A DNA stretch of 64,000 bases from Podarcis liolepis (GCA_965112155.1 OZ218099.1); one strand, 5' to 3'; positions 28,054 through 41,224 are shown, counted from the first letter of the stretch. The notes: generated by a model not told the origin, from the letters alone. A program made the numbers and translations.

Positions 28054-29981
28054 TATTTTCTTTCACTTTTGTAGCTATCTCTTCCTGTCATGCAAACTGA
28101 GCTAAGAGACTGAAGCAGAAGTGACTAAACACCCTCCCCACCCAATAAATGAGCCAGTCCTCCAACATGCTGAGAGAGGAGGGGAGGAAAGAGGCTTCCA
28201 CGCAGGATGGGGGAGGTTCAAGCATCTTGACTGTGTGACCAATGCAGTGAAAAATCCAAATTTAATGGAGCAGGCAGTCGTCCGCTTGGAGCATCTTGCC
28301 AATCTTACTTATTAATAATGAAATTATGGGAGGGGGGACGTTTCCTGAATCAGCTCTGTATTTTAAATAGAATTTGCAAAGCCATCTGGAGAACTGTTTA
28401 AATTTTATTAATTTTTTCTCTCCCCAAAACCAATTTATGTGCCTAGCTGTTAATTAAACTGAGAGAGGTGCTGTGCCTTTCGTGGTGAGCAAAGAATTGT
28501 ACTGGCAGCTGTGGGAAGCTGGAGCTGGGCTCTCGAGAGCTGCAATTTGGTGGCATAGAAAGAGGTGCACTTGACGTCTCGAATGAAGGTGATGAATGGT
28601 TCACCTCCCAAGGAAGACTACTGGCTTCATACTGGGCTATATTAAACGAAAAGTGCTGGGGAGGGGAAAACACATTTTCATTACAAAATGGCTTGCGCCT
28701 TTCATACTTACAACATAAATCCAAGGTATTCCATAATGTGTTTAACTGATTTTAATCTTGCATTTTTATTTTGCTGTAACCCAGTCTGGAAGGAAATCCA
28801 ATAAATGATATAATCATCCCCACCACCATTGATTTTATGCTGGCTCCAGTTTTTTTTAAGTTTTTTTTGAGGGAGTGGGATGGGGCTTGGGTAGTGCTGC
28901 TGTTAAGAATTTTAAGACTCTGGACTTGTTTTATTGGACCTGTGCTATACAGAATGTAGCTCTCTGTTTGAAGAGCTGTCCAATCCAAATCCAGTTTAAA
29001 GATAAGGAAGAAGGCAGCTGCCACCACTGCCTCCAGTCAAGGTGTCCTGAGTTGGCCTCTCTTCTCCACCCTATAATTGTTCACATGCCCCCTCTCTGCC
29101 CAGGAGCCCAATTGCTCATTGCTTTCAATGAGAGAGTTTAAAGCTTGCCTATTGAGAACTGGAACAGCTGAAACCACACCTCTCATTGCTGAAAGAATGC
29201 CCCTTGTGGGGCGGCATTCCAGTCACAGTTAAATGCTAGCCAGAAGCTCTACTGACTAACCCTCCTGGCCTGACGTCTGATGTACAGTACAAGCATCTGA
29301 AGGGAGGGAGGGAGACTCCATGCATGCAGAACACATGATCCAGAACCCTGGGCAACCAGGGGTTCAAGACCACATTCCAGATCGCCTTTCTGTCAGATGT
29401 CTGCACTGCACACACACACATGCCATTAGGAGGGGCTACTCATCACAGCCCCATGTGTGTTCTTCTGATCCATGAGTAGAACACTCAAGTAGGGCTAGAA
29501 TGTGGGAGGTAGGCCTTTGGGGGGAGGATTGTTTGAAGTTCCTTGTGGGCTATTTCTTCTGTTTCCATTATCTGATGCAAAGCAACTTTTGAGGGTGTGT
29601 ATAAAAAGCTGCCCCTGTGCTACTCCTTGACAAGAACAACAACAACAAAAATCACTTTCTTATCTGTACAGATAAGATGTACCCACAGTCCCAAGGGTTT
29701 TTTGCAGTTACGGCTGCATGAAAAGGCAAGCTGAAAGTACAGATTCCTTCCACAAAGGTCAGATTGTTTATTTTAGTGATATTTGTGATGTTTTTCCCTT
29801 GGTGTTTTATAAAGATAGAGACCATATTTCATGATACTTCATCTACTCACTATAGTACCGGATGTACTTGCATTCTGACAAAAGCAAAATAATAATTCAT
29901 AGCTTGGACTTTGTTTTTTTAAACCTTTGCTTATCTATATACTATTACTGAATATGTGGGAAATAATCAGAGCCCGCCTTG

Positions 29982-29983
<2 letters not shown>

Positions 29984-30023
<40 letters not shown>
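29984..30023. repeat. Compound (TC)n(TA)n microsatellite
   Basis: Seen directly in the sequence. Confidence 0.9.
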
Positions 30024-30214
30024 GTAGTACAATGGCTGTATCATAGCCAATGATGTTAATCTGAGGCGTGGTTATTGGAAATGTGTGTGCATATGTGTGT
30101 TTACACACTGGTCTGTTGTAATGCTGGTGACAGGCTGCAGGGTGAGGAAAGCAATGGAGACAAGTAGCTTGTGGGGTGAGTGAGCAGGGCTTACAGTGGG
30201 GCAGTTTAAGCAAC

Positions 30215-30591
30215 AAGGTAAAGGACCCCTGGAACGTTAAGTCCAGTCAGAGGTGACTATGGGGTTGTGGCGCTCATCTCGCTTTCAGGCCAAGGGAGCC
30301 AGTGTTCGTCCACAGACAGCTTTCCGGCTCATGTGGCCAGTATGACTAAACCGTTTCTGGTGCAACGGAACACCGTGACAGAAGTGAGAATGCACGGAAA
30401 CGCTGTTTACCTTCCTGCCACAGCAGTACCTATTTATCTACTTGCACTGGTGTGCTTTCAAACTGCTAGGTTGACAGGAGCTGGGACAGAGCAACGGGAG
30501 CTCACCCTGTTGCAGGGATTCGAACCACAGACCTTCTGATTGGCAAGCCCAAAAGGCTCAGTGGTTTAGACCACAGCGCCACCTGCCTGCC
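30215..30591 (-). mobile_element. Sauria SINE (diverged subfamily)
   Basis: Same head, core and tail. AGCAACAAGG occurs on both flanks as a probable TSD. Confidence 0.9.
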
Positions 30592-30795
30592 TATGAGCAA
30601 CAAGGGCACTGTGGTGGCACATGTGAGCTGTTGAGATTGACAAGTAGTAAGGGGAGGGGCATACAGGAGGGGGCTTGGGCAAGGAGTAAGGAGGGGCTTT
30701 GATGAGGAGTAAGGAGTAAGAGTAAGGGGAATGGGTGGGGCTTAGGGGGCAGAGGGTTGGTGAGAGAGTAGTGGGAATGGCAAGTGAAGCAAGCT

Positions 30796-30797
<2 letters not shown>

Positions 30798-30838
<41 letters not shown>
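30798..30838. repeat. (GT)n microsatellite
   Basis: About 20 GT units. Confidence 0.95.
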
Positions 30839-30839
<1 letters not shown>

Positions 30840-33706
30840 ATTCTATGAAATATATAATACTGATTCTTTTATATGTGGGATTCTCCACTATCATTTAGAG
30901 TGCTAAAATTATAAAGCACAGAACACTCACCAGTAAACCTACTTTGTTTTCCAAGAATTTGATAAAGTGGGTAATAAAGAGATGCTAATAAGCTCCTACA
31001 GCAAGCAGATATCTATGGAATAAACAAATATGGTCATGGTGGGGGGAGGGGATGAGTACTGACGTAAGTAGAACAGTTTCTGCTGATTTGAACACACTTT
31101 GTGTCAAGCCCCTCTTAGTGTTTTCAGAAGATTAAAATACTAAAAACAAAACAGAATGCCACTCTCTTGTTTTCCTCTAATCTTTTGAAATTCAAGGCTG
31201 TTGGAAGCCACGCAGAATGCAGAGCCTCAAATTATAGAAATATTACAAAACAGCAGCATCCAGTACAATTCTATGCATGTTGACACAGAAATGAGTTCCG
31301 TGGACTTCAATATTGCAGCCTTTAGATTTAAAAATTTTTTATTTAACAAAATTTATATGCTACTTGATTGTAAAAAACCCTCTAACAGTTTACTTTTATA
31401 TCATATTTTTCCAGCCTCAACAGGTGTGTAATTAGATAGAGAGGATAGTTAACAAGAGTATGCAACTTGCCACAAGACTGAGTTCAGACCACAATTTGAT
31501 GCTTTGGAAAATGGCTTGTGTAGGTCCAAAGCACCTCATAGCAAGTTCTTCAGCTTGGGATTCATCCAAGTCCACTTCATTTCCACAATTCCACCACTGG
31601 GAATTTTTTAAAGCTTTTCCCCCCTTTGACAGAAGTGAAAAAAATCTACAGGACTACTAACTCATCCAGTGTGGATATGGCCTGCCAAATTATAGGTTAA
31701 TAGTTTCAGAAGCCTTTGTGCTTTGCATTTTGTTTTAATTAAACTTCTACAGCATTGGAATTTGTGTGTGGAATTGGGTGGAATTTGCCAACAAGGGTGC
31801 CCCTCCTAATGGCATGAATTTCTGCCAGATTTCAGGATAGCTTCAGTTGATTTTCATGTAGAGGCATCCATTTAAGACTTGGCGTAGGTGGAAAATGAAT
31901 TATTTTGTCTCCTTTAGTATTTTGTAAGCAACTGATATTTCACCTTCTGGGTGAAAATTACAAGCTTGACTTGTCAGTCAAGTACAGCTCTCTCACTTTA
32001 CCTTGGCATTGTGGCAGGCTTAGAAACATTGTTATTCGCCTTTACCAAATGCTTGTCTGCAGCATTATTTTAAATGTATACATGACTGAAGTGCCACAAA
32101 GTTCTACTTTGTTTTGTGCTACCTCACGGACATCATACTTCACCTCTGGCAAGCCACCCATGCTGTTTTGCCTCAGGATTTGAGATTTGTCTGAGTCCAT
32201 TGCACACCCCTAATAGACAGATATCAATCATGGTTAGCCAGACCTTTGCACGCAGGAAGACTAATGCACAGATGGTTTTCCAGCCCAACTTCCTCTTTAA
32301 TGCATCACACTGAGTTGCTCTCTTGATCTTGCAGAGGATGTTTTCACTGCACAGCATGCAACAGTTGACTGCAACTGATTGCCAGTGGCTGTAGGGAAAA
32401 TCTTGAAATGAAGCCTAAGTAACTCCAAAATGCTCTGAAGCTTAGAAGGGGAGGGGGAGGGGGAATGGGAATCTTAGAGGATCTTTAATTCAATGATTAT
32501 CAATGGAATACCATCAGCTTTAAAGGCCTCTTTCTTAGCAGTGCTGCGGGGATCAGACAGCTTTTGCTGGAGGAAGCGTTAACGACTAAGCAGGCTAGAA
32601 TGTTATATAATAAAAGAGGTATAATAAAAGTTATATAATAAAAGAGGTAAGGTACAAACTACACATAGCTGTTATTCTGTGAATGGAAGGGAGGAGAGAA
32701 AGGGACCCTACTTTATATGTGTTCTAGAGTAGTTCTACATCTAGAGTAGGTAAAAAGAATCCCCACTAGATCAGAGAAGCCCCCACTTTCCCATTTCTTG
32801 AGCTGCCTCTGGCACCTCTGATGATGTTGTTCTGTTCCCCAACCCTTTGAGGCAGATTTTTTTTTGGGGGGAAACAAATGGAGCTGCAGCAGGAAGGGTG
32901 AATCAGTGATGTTGATTCCAGCCCTTCTGTTCTTCTCTCCTGGATCCAAAAGCCTTCTGTGAATAAAATAATGCCATTGGACATTTTCGTGCATTACTCA
33001 GATGAAGCACTGGATGGTTGCTTAATCTACTGCTTACACCAGTAAGAGCTTGCAGCTCAGCCTTAAACCTGGCAATGGGTTTGCACACACAGGTTGTTAA
33101 GACCACTCGTACATCACAAACTCATTATGCCCATGGAATGCATAATGGCAAAAAAAAAGAAGTCGCGTGAGTCATTGAAATTTGAATTTCAAATACGAGA
33201 AACTCTCACTGAATAGAATCTTCCATAAATTTAGTGTACACACTGATTATGGAATCCAGTCGCAGCTGTTCTTAAGGAAATTCTGGGAGTGGCCTTGCCA
33301 CCTACTTTTCCTGTTCCTTTTCTCCTTTGAAAGGGGATATTAGAAGGGGGATAGGGGAGAGAAGAGGGGAATAAGAGGGGAAATAACTTTTGTCCTTTAC
33401 ACAGAAATCTGTTCCACTTGCAAATGAGCATAATTGGATATCACCATAGATAAACAGATTAGATAGATAGATAGATAGACACATGATAACCTAGTTCACT
33501 GAGTTAGTGGGACCAATGGTGTTTGGCAATTTCCTGTGAAATGTGGAGAAGAGGCACATAGATTTGACACGCTATATTCAATGAAGTGTGATCAGCAGTG
33601 ATAGTACAAGATTTTGCAAATTGCTCCGACAGCCTTTTTGAGTAAAAGGTGGGGTAGAAATGCCCCATAGAAATAAATAAGCAAATTGACCTGGTTTCCA
33701 AGAGCA

Positions 33707-34135
33707 GTAGTGATGTATGGAAGTGAAAGCTGGACCATAAAGAAGGCTGATCGCCGAAGAATTGATGCTTTTGAATTATGGTGTTGGAGGACTCTTGAGA
33801 GTCCCATGGACTGCAAGAAGATCAAATGTATCCATTCTGAAGGAAATCAGCCTTTAGTGCTCACTGGAAGGACAGATCCTGAAGCTGAGGCTCCAATACT
33901 TTGGCCACCTCATGAGAAGAGAAGACTCCCTGGAAAAGACCCTGATGTTGGGAAAGATGGAGGGCACAAGGAGAAGGGGACGACAGAGGACGAGGTGGTT
34001 GGACAGTGTTCTTGAAGCTACCAGCATGAGTTTGAGCAAACTGCGGGAGGCAGTGGAAGACAGAAGTGCCTGGCATGCTCTGGTCCATGGGGTCACGAAG
34101 AGTAGGACACGACTAAACGACTAAACGACAACAAG
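33707..34135 (+). mobile_element. Bov-B (RTE clade) LINE, 5'-truncated 3' end
   Basis: Frameshifted C-terminal peptides VVMYGSESWTIKKADRRRIDAFELWCWR and MRREDSLEKTLMLGKMEGTRRRGRQRTRWLD...VHGVTKSRTRLND. (CAA)-like tail. CAAGAGCA duplicated on both flanks. Confidence 0.93.
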
Positions 34136-36321
34136 CAAGAGCACACATGCATGCTGCTTTTGCACACTGAAGACACAGATTAGCATCAAATATTAGCCAT
34201 ACTCAGAGTAGATCTGTGGAAATCAATCGACTTAAATAGCAAGTTCATGGATTTCAGTGTGTTTTCTCTAACTATGACTTAGCTTGTTGTCACCCCAAAT
34301 CCAGAACATGATCTATGTATAAAACCTGGCTTCAACAGGTATTTTATCCATGCTGGGTTGAGGTGATGTTTATCACCATAAGCAATACAGTTTATTAAAC
34401 GGCATTATTTATTTATGCCAGCTGACTTAATTATGACATTTCTTTTGATATCCCTGAAAGCCTCTGGAGTCCTTAAGAACATTTGTGAAAATATGCAATG
34501 GAATGAATGGGACAACACAAGATATGAATCAATGCAGACTGTGGCTGGAATATTAAATAGATTGGTTCCCATGGAAATTCAGGATGACAGATTTGTATGA
34601 GCTAGTGGAGTATTCAGGTAGCTCTAAGCTACATTGTGCAGCTCTATTCACATCTGCAGAAGAAGAGAAATATCCACTCAGTCAAATATGGGCTACCTAT
34701 GATCTGGCATTTGGACAGTGAGGATTTCCCTTTCGCTGAATTAGTTCCAGCAAACTAATAAATTAAGATAAAATAATGAGACTAAGTGATGTTTGCAACA
34801 TAACAAGTTTATATTTCTTGAAGAAAAAGAAAACTATTGAACAGGAGCATGAGACCTGTGGAATATTAAAAAAAAAATACTTAGGCTGAGCCTGAAATTC
34901 TGGCTGCTGAACCAGTGAAGGTACAGATATGTTTTAGAAAATGGAATATTTTATTGATATTTGATTTCTGTGTACACTGCCCCAGAAGCCATGTTTTGAA
35001 TGAAGACAGAGTTTAGAAAATTTAAGATAAATTAAATAAATAAGACTAAGGGCTGGTTGAAATGTGTGGAAAATATCAATGGCCCCAAGAGTTTCTGGTA
35101 AGCAGACAGTAGCAGTTGTGGCAAGAGAAATATCTTGTTTGGTTGAATTTCACATCAGTCAAGTGTCTTACTTTCTCTCTTGCTGCAGTTACACAAATGC
35201 CTTTGTGGAAGTTTTGAATCAGATACTACTTAGTCTTGAATTGAAAATCAAATGCATTTTTTTCCAAATTAATTTATATTTATCCTGAATGAAATTTGAT
35301 ACTATTTTTCCTTATCTAAGCTAGATAGAGAGACTTTGATATTGAGGGCGGAAGGGTTGGTGTATTCAGGCAAGCAGTCATTCAGATCCTTTTCAGAATA
35401 GGACAGTAATATACAAGGACTGCTTTATGTGACTCTCTCTATATCTCCGGTGGTTTTTCTGTCCATCACCAGGCAGTCCATTTGACAGCATGCAGTAAGA
35501 GCACCCAAATGCATTGGGGCCAGACTAAAGGGCATTCATTCAGTCTTTACATTGGGCCCCCATTTCTCTGCCTATAGGAAGTTCTTGTCAATGTTCAGAT
35601 GGAGGAGAAAGTGCCCACAAATGGATACTTCTCATTCACCCTCATTCCCCAAACACTTCTGCAATAAAGTTAGTCTTCTTTTGATGGCCAGCCTATTCAT
35701 ATACTGAATTTTCTCACCACTGGGAGCATGGCCACTGCATCACTGTTTGGTTGCAAGGCATCAGCCAACATACTGTGAGCTATGTAGGCAATTATATAGA
35801 AGACCAGTCCAAAGGGAAAAGATAAAGTCTCTGCATTGGAAAAGTGTGAGACAAATATGCCAAAAAACAGGCCCTGTTTTAGTTGGAGTGGTGCTGTGCA
35901 ATTTGCTTAGCTTAAGATATGATCCAATCCAATTTGCATATCTCTTAAGGTTTAGTCACTATTTTTGCAAGCCTATCCCACAGTTCCTTCTCTGAGTCAG
36001 CTTTGCTTTTAAAACCAGCAGTGATTGCCACTGCTCATTAGGCAGAGCAACCAGCCATCTAAAAAAGTGTATTAGCTAGAGTAATGTGCTTCCAACTGGC
36101 CGTCTAGGAAAACACACAAGCCAAAACTCCTGTAATCTGGGCCACTTTCCAGAGCATCCTGCAATGTTGAAACAACAGTGAAAGTAATCCAGAAGGTGAT
36201 GGATGCTGAGCTGAGTGTGTGAAGCCTCAATATGCGAGCACCCAGGTACAGTTCTGCGATGGGATGAATCATCTGGGAGAAAGCATTGCTATATAATGGC
36301 AGCTCACATGTAATCGGTTCA

Positions 36322-36501
36322 GTTACAGATAGGTAGCCGTGTTGGTCTGCCATAGTCAAAATAAAAAAATTCCTTCTAGTAGCACCTTAAAGACCAACTA
36401 AGTTAGTTCTTGGTATGAGCTTTCGTGTGCATGCACACTTCTTCAGATACTTCAGGTAACTTAGTTGGTCTTTAAGGTGCTACTGGAAGGAATTTTTTTA
36501 T
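36322..36501 (-). mobile_element. Short fold-back element, probably a truncated/inverted Penelope-like retroelement (copy 1)
   Basis: Near-identical to 42075-42288 and 56772-56883. Inverted arms 36361-36405 and 36457-36501. Contains the hammerhead motif. Imperfect flanking duplication ATGTAAT(C/G)GGTT. Confidence 0.7.
36413..36450 (-). ncRNA. Minimal type-I hammerhead ribozyme motif (Penelope-like element type)
   Basis: Minus strand reads GTAT-CTGAAGA-A-GTGTG-CATG-CACAC-GAAA-GC-TC-ATAC. This gives stem I GTAT/ATAC, the CUGANGA box, stem II, GAAA, palindromic AGCU stem III and a UC cleavage site. Confidence 0.8.
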
Positions 36502-39185
36502 TATGTAATGGGTTGTTCAAGTTCCTGAGAATGTGCTTTGGGCATTAAAGTCCTTACACGCCCAGTACATAACCTTTAAAAAGGTATCAGCATCCATGCA
36601 GGAAGTAATGCAGAGTATCTCCATACAGTTAATAAATAAAACAATAATAACAACTTTCCGCACAAAAAGTGACACAAAAGCAACTCACAAAGTGAAACCA
36701 ACATTAAAAACAGTCAAAACACTTTGACAGAGTTATGGCTATGAAACTTCCAGTTAGTTTCTTAAAGGGTTCCGAACTGAAGCAGTGTGATTCCTATAAG
36801 TGATTTGCTACCCATAAAAAATGCTGCAGCAAGGGGTGGACTCAGGACAACTTTTAATGATTGCTACCTGCACAATAGTTTGAAAATTAATAAGAAGAAT
36901 TGAATTATTTGTCTTGGAACACATTCTCCTATCTACTCCCTTCACCCAGCAGCCCTCTTTCTAATCCACCCATTTCCTCTGAATGTCTAGGACTTGCAAA
37001 AGGAGTGGTTAAATCAAGATCAGAGCAGGCATAGAGAGAGAGTTTAATCTTCTTGTCCCCTTCTTGTCTCCTTTGCTGTTGTCCTGAGGAAAATCACTTT
37101 TCTGAAGCTGCCATTTGAATTGGCAGGGGCACCTCCAATGGTGCCTTATGGGGGAGCTCTTCCCAAAGCAAATTCAGGGGATGGATTTTCCTCAGGAGAG
37201 TGGCAGCGGAGGAAAGGGTTAAAATCCCTGCTCATGCTTAATTACTTAATTACTGGTGCCCTCCTGCAGATGCTATCTGCATTTCTAAAAACCATCATGT
37301 TGTGATGGGCCCTCAAGCAGTGGATCATTTGCATCATCTGCTATCTGATCCTTTCAATGGGAAATGCCAAGGATTGAAGATGGGACCTTCTGCATGCAAA
37401 TGATGTACTCAGCCACTGAGTTACTGTCCTCCCTAGTAAATGTTCATCAGAATTTAATGAGCGTGGGGAATTTCTTCCTATTTTTGCAAATATCACACTG
37501 CGGCGCCAGTACTTGTGAATCCCGGTTCGTTCATTTCCCCAACCCCCTCCATCCCCTCTCCCTGCCGACGTTTCAAAGAAACACTACCTCAAATCCAACA
37601 ATGGGGATGATGGATAAATGCAGGATCTCTCTGGGAGAATTAAAATGGAGGACCCTGCAGTATTAGAGTCTGAACTAATTGCTTTGATAACAGGAAGAGA
37701 CCGTCTCTGGCCACAGCTGTCGAGAGGCAGAACTAAGCAGGTGGTGGGAGTTGGAGGAAAAGGAGGGAACAGATGTTAGCTACAAAATTTGGAACATCTC
37801 TACAGTCCACTTACAGTATCCCAATTTCCATCACAGTACATTGTACAAATAATTAATCTGAACCACCCAGGCCCAGGAAAGAAAGAAATTATCAATTTGC
37901 ATAGCACATGCTCACAACGGAGAACCATTGATAATGCCCTGACTAGAACAAAGTAATTTCCCATGCTTTTAACAGGCTGTTGCTTTCCCTCTCTTGGCCA
38001 CTTTTACTCACAGTTTTCCCTTTTAGCAGAGGCAAAATAACGCTGTGGCCGTTTCACAAGGACAAAGTTCTAATGGATTTTTTGGTTCCCTTGAAAGATG
38101 GAGAATAAATTGGGCAAGCATTCAAAAATAAATAAATGAGGGAAGCTTCCTAGGTGAAAAATGCCAGGCTTTCATTCACATAGCACTAGTCCACAATAAA
38201 AAAAATATCCTGCTAGGGGTCAAGCTATACATTAAATTGCTGGCTGCTTTCCTTTTTTCCAGAAAAAGCACTCACCTGGTAGCCCAATTCAGACTGGGAT
38301 AATGGTAGGAAGGGGAGGGGGAGAGAGAGGACAGGATTAACCCTTCCTAACCAATTATTTCATGCCAAAATTCACACCAAATTGTTATTTGCCCAGCACA
38401 GAAAGGGTTAAATTATTATTTCCCCACTGCACTACCATCTTGATCTGAACTGGGTCCCTACACACAGCTGCTTTCTTCCTTTTCTAGTTTTTGAAAAAAA
38501 CAGACAGCACAAAGAATGTTTTTTTATATATAGAAAAAAGTGTGCTTAACATACCAGGTGACTTGACTCTAAAACAAAGCAAGTTTTCTTGCATCATCCA
38601 TCTATTTCTTTCCATTTCTCCTCCCTCCCCTCTCTCTGCCAGTTTCAGACAGATAAAATTATTCGCAAACAATTGTATTCTGAGAAATGAAGTGGTGATC
38701 CCTTTCTCCTCTGCCAAATCTATACAGTCTAGGAAGCCAGAAGCATAATGTGGCAAATGGACCACATCATAGCTAGTACTTAGGCCCCAAAGCAATGCAG
38801 CATTGAACTGAAAGAGATTTTCTCACACTTAGGAAGCAAGGTGAATCCATTCATTTAGGCCAGGGATGGGCAATTCAATCAGTTTTGCAATCTGATTTGC
38901 AATCTGAATCCCCATAAGCTTGTTCTACCTTATTTCTGCATTAATCTCTTAATTAAATTAATTGCAAAATCAAATATGTACTATAAACACATTTTCTCTC
39001 AAAATGCACATTTTCCCATAGTTCTCAAACCATGATCTATGTCAGAACATTTGGAACGTGTGAAGAAAGGTGATGGGTAATAGAGTTCCCCTGGTTCATT
39101 TGGGCCAGAATTCACGAAAATCAAATTCATCAAGCAGCCTAGATCAGGCTTGGCATTGTATACATATATGTAGATTTAATTAATA

Positions 39186-39427
39186 CAGTGGTACCTTGGG
39201 TTAAGAACTTAATTAGTTCCGAAGGTCCGTTCTTAACCTGAAACTGTTCTTAACCTGCGGTGCCACTTTAGCTAATGGGGCCTCCCGCTGCTGCCACGCC
39301 ACCGGACCACGATTTCTGTTCTCATCCTGAAGCAAAGTTCTTAACCCGAGGTACTATTTCTGGGTTAGTGGCACCTGTAACCTGAATCGTATGTAACCTG
39401 AAGCTTCTGTAACCCAAGGTACCACTG
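39186..39427. mobile_element. Tc1/mariner (Tigger-like) MITE
   Basis: TA-CAGTGGTACCTTGGGTTA...TAACCCAAGGTACCACTG-TA. Confidence 0.92.
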
Positions 39428-39521
39428 TAAGGGTCAAATTCAACATCACGCTAGGATGAACATTCCATCTGTGGAAGCATTTCCACTTGCCAAACAGAAT
39501 GATCCCTCCTCTCCTCCCACC

Positions 39522-39690
39522 CAGTGGCGTAGCGTGGGGGGTGCAGGGGGGGCCGGTCGCACCGGGCGCAACATCTGGGGGTTAGGGTTAGGGGGCACAA
39601 ATCCACAGGTTAGGGGGGGCAAATCCACGGGTTAGGGGGCGCAAATTACTTGCCTTGCCCCAGGTGCTGACAACCCACGCTACGCCACTG
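39522..39690. mobile_element. hAT-like MITE containing TTAGGG units
   Basis: Perfect 17-bp TIR CAGTGGCGTAGCGTGGG. Perfect TSD CTCCCACC. Confidence 0.92.
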
Positions 39691-39727
39691 CTCCCACCAC
39701 ATGCTATTTGGGGGGCTTTCCTGACTC

Positions 39728-39917
39728 CAGTAGTGGAGCTTCATGCTCCGGCACCGGGGCGGAGCGGAGAGCAGATGGGGGCCGGGGCGCAACACCTGTG
39801 GGGGCGGGGTGCCCAGTGCAGGCAGCCGGGGGGGGGGGGCAGCTGCGATGGCACCCTGTCAGGATCATGCTGCCGGGGGCAGTGCACTCCCCCCGCACTC
39901 CTCTTCCTCCACCAGTG
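39728..39917. mobile_element. GC-rich hAT-like MITE
   Basis: Perfect 8-bp TSD CCTGACTC at 39720-39727 and 39918-39925. Homologous to 4075-4211. Confidence 0.8.
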
Positions 39918-40648
39918 CCTGACTCCACCCAGTCAAGTTCAGGGAGTGCAGAGGGAAGAAAGCCCCATTGGGTGAATTCCCTCCAATCCATATTTTTAAA
40001 AATACTAATACTCTGCCTGTAATGTTAGGCTGATTCTTCACTGTACTCTATAGGTCTTGGCCTTATATATAATGGGGGGGGGGGGGGAGAGAGATTTTTC
40101 CTTCCAAGGGTTGCATTCTTTCCTGGGCAATCTTCTGGTGGGTGGTGCCAGAGGCAAAAGTGGGCAGGGCAATAAAGGTGAATTTATAATTTACAGAATG
40201 CTTGTTTCTTCACACTCGCCCCTCTATCTCTGTTCAGGCAAGTGTAAGCATTATCAGAGTTGAAGGACACATTCTAGCCGCGCAAAAATGCTCAAGAAGG
40301 GCTCAAATCAGGGAACTGGGGGTTGTGCCATGGTCAGATGAGAGTCCCAAGGATCAAACACAGAAGACTCAGGTCACCCCTGTTGTGAAAGAAGAAAGTA
40401 AATGCCAAAAGCCAGGCATTTACCTGCTCCAGGGTTCAGCGGCACACACTTTCATGGCTATTACTCTCCCCTACTGCCCCTCGCTCTTCCGTATTTGCCA
40501 ACGTTGCTTTCAGTTTCCACTTCAGTTTTGCATGTGTGTGCTTTGAACTGAAACTCATACAGTAATTCCATTAGTTTATCAGTTTGTATTTGGCTTTCAA
40601 AAAGAAAAAGGAAAAAGACAACAACAAAGCAGCTGATGGGATGCTTAC

Positions 40649-40831
40649 CTTTTTGACCTCGTATTTAATGGCCAGCTTGATTCTGCTCAGACTTGGGCGA
40701 TGATGCTCAGTCCATGTTTGCATGTTCACATCTCCATTCAGAATAGCCTCCACTTCTTCTGTGTCCCTGCAGAGATCCAGCACACCCACCACAAAATCCT
40801 TGCATTGCATAGATAACTTCCTATAATCATT
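40649..40831 (-). CDS. TRPC7: TRPC7 coding exon (approx. exon 3): helical linker after the ankyrin repeats
   Basis: 183 bp, phase 0-0. AG at 40833-40832, GT at 40648-40647. [61 protein letters not shown]. Confidence 0.97.
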
Positions 40832-41224
40832 CTAATGAAACAGAGAAAAACAAACGTTTTAAACATTGCAGCATGAATTTACTTGGTTCTACAGTCACCT
40901 ACATCTTGAAGGCCACAATATACCTGTGTACAAATGTAATGTGTGTCATCTAATGAAGGACTTGCATGAGGACACATGAACGGGGTTCTTCCTGTCTCAC
41001 TACTGTACTGTAGTCCCCTGGGCCCCTGAAAAGTTTTGTCTTAGGTTCAGAAGACTCCCAGAAGCACAGCTGTCACCAACCTAGTGACCTCCAGATGTTT
41101 GAGAGGCTCCTACAATGCTCTACAACTTCAATCAGCCCCTGCCAGCATTGACCCTGCTCACCAAAATGCCACCCGCATTATTTCCCCATTTAAACTGGAT
41201 TCATTGGGTTGTATCCAACACTGC

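Noticed and set aside
28901-29375. Possible solo LTR (TG...CA ends, minus-strand AATAAA)
   Set aside because: No target-site duplication and no second copy in the window, so it cannot be supported.
32605-32650. Triplicated TATAATAAAAG unit resembling TATA or polyA signals
   Set aside because: A short local tandem duplication on the non-coding strand with no supporting context.
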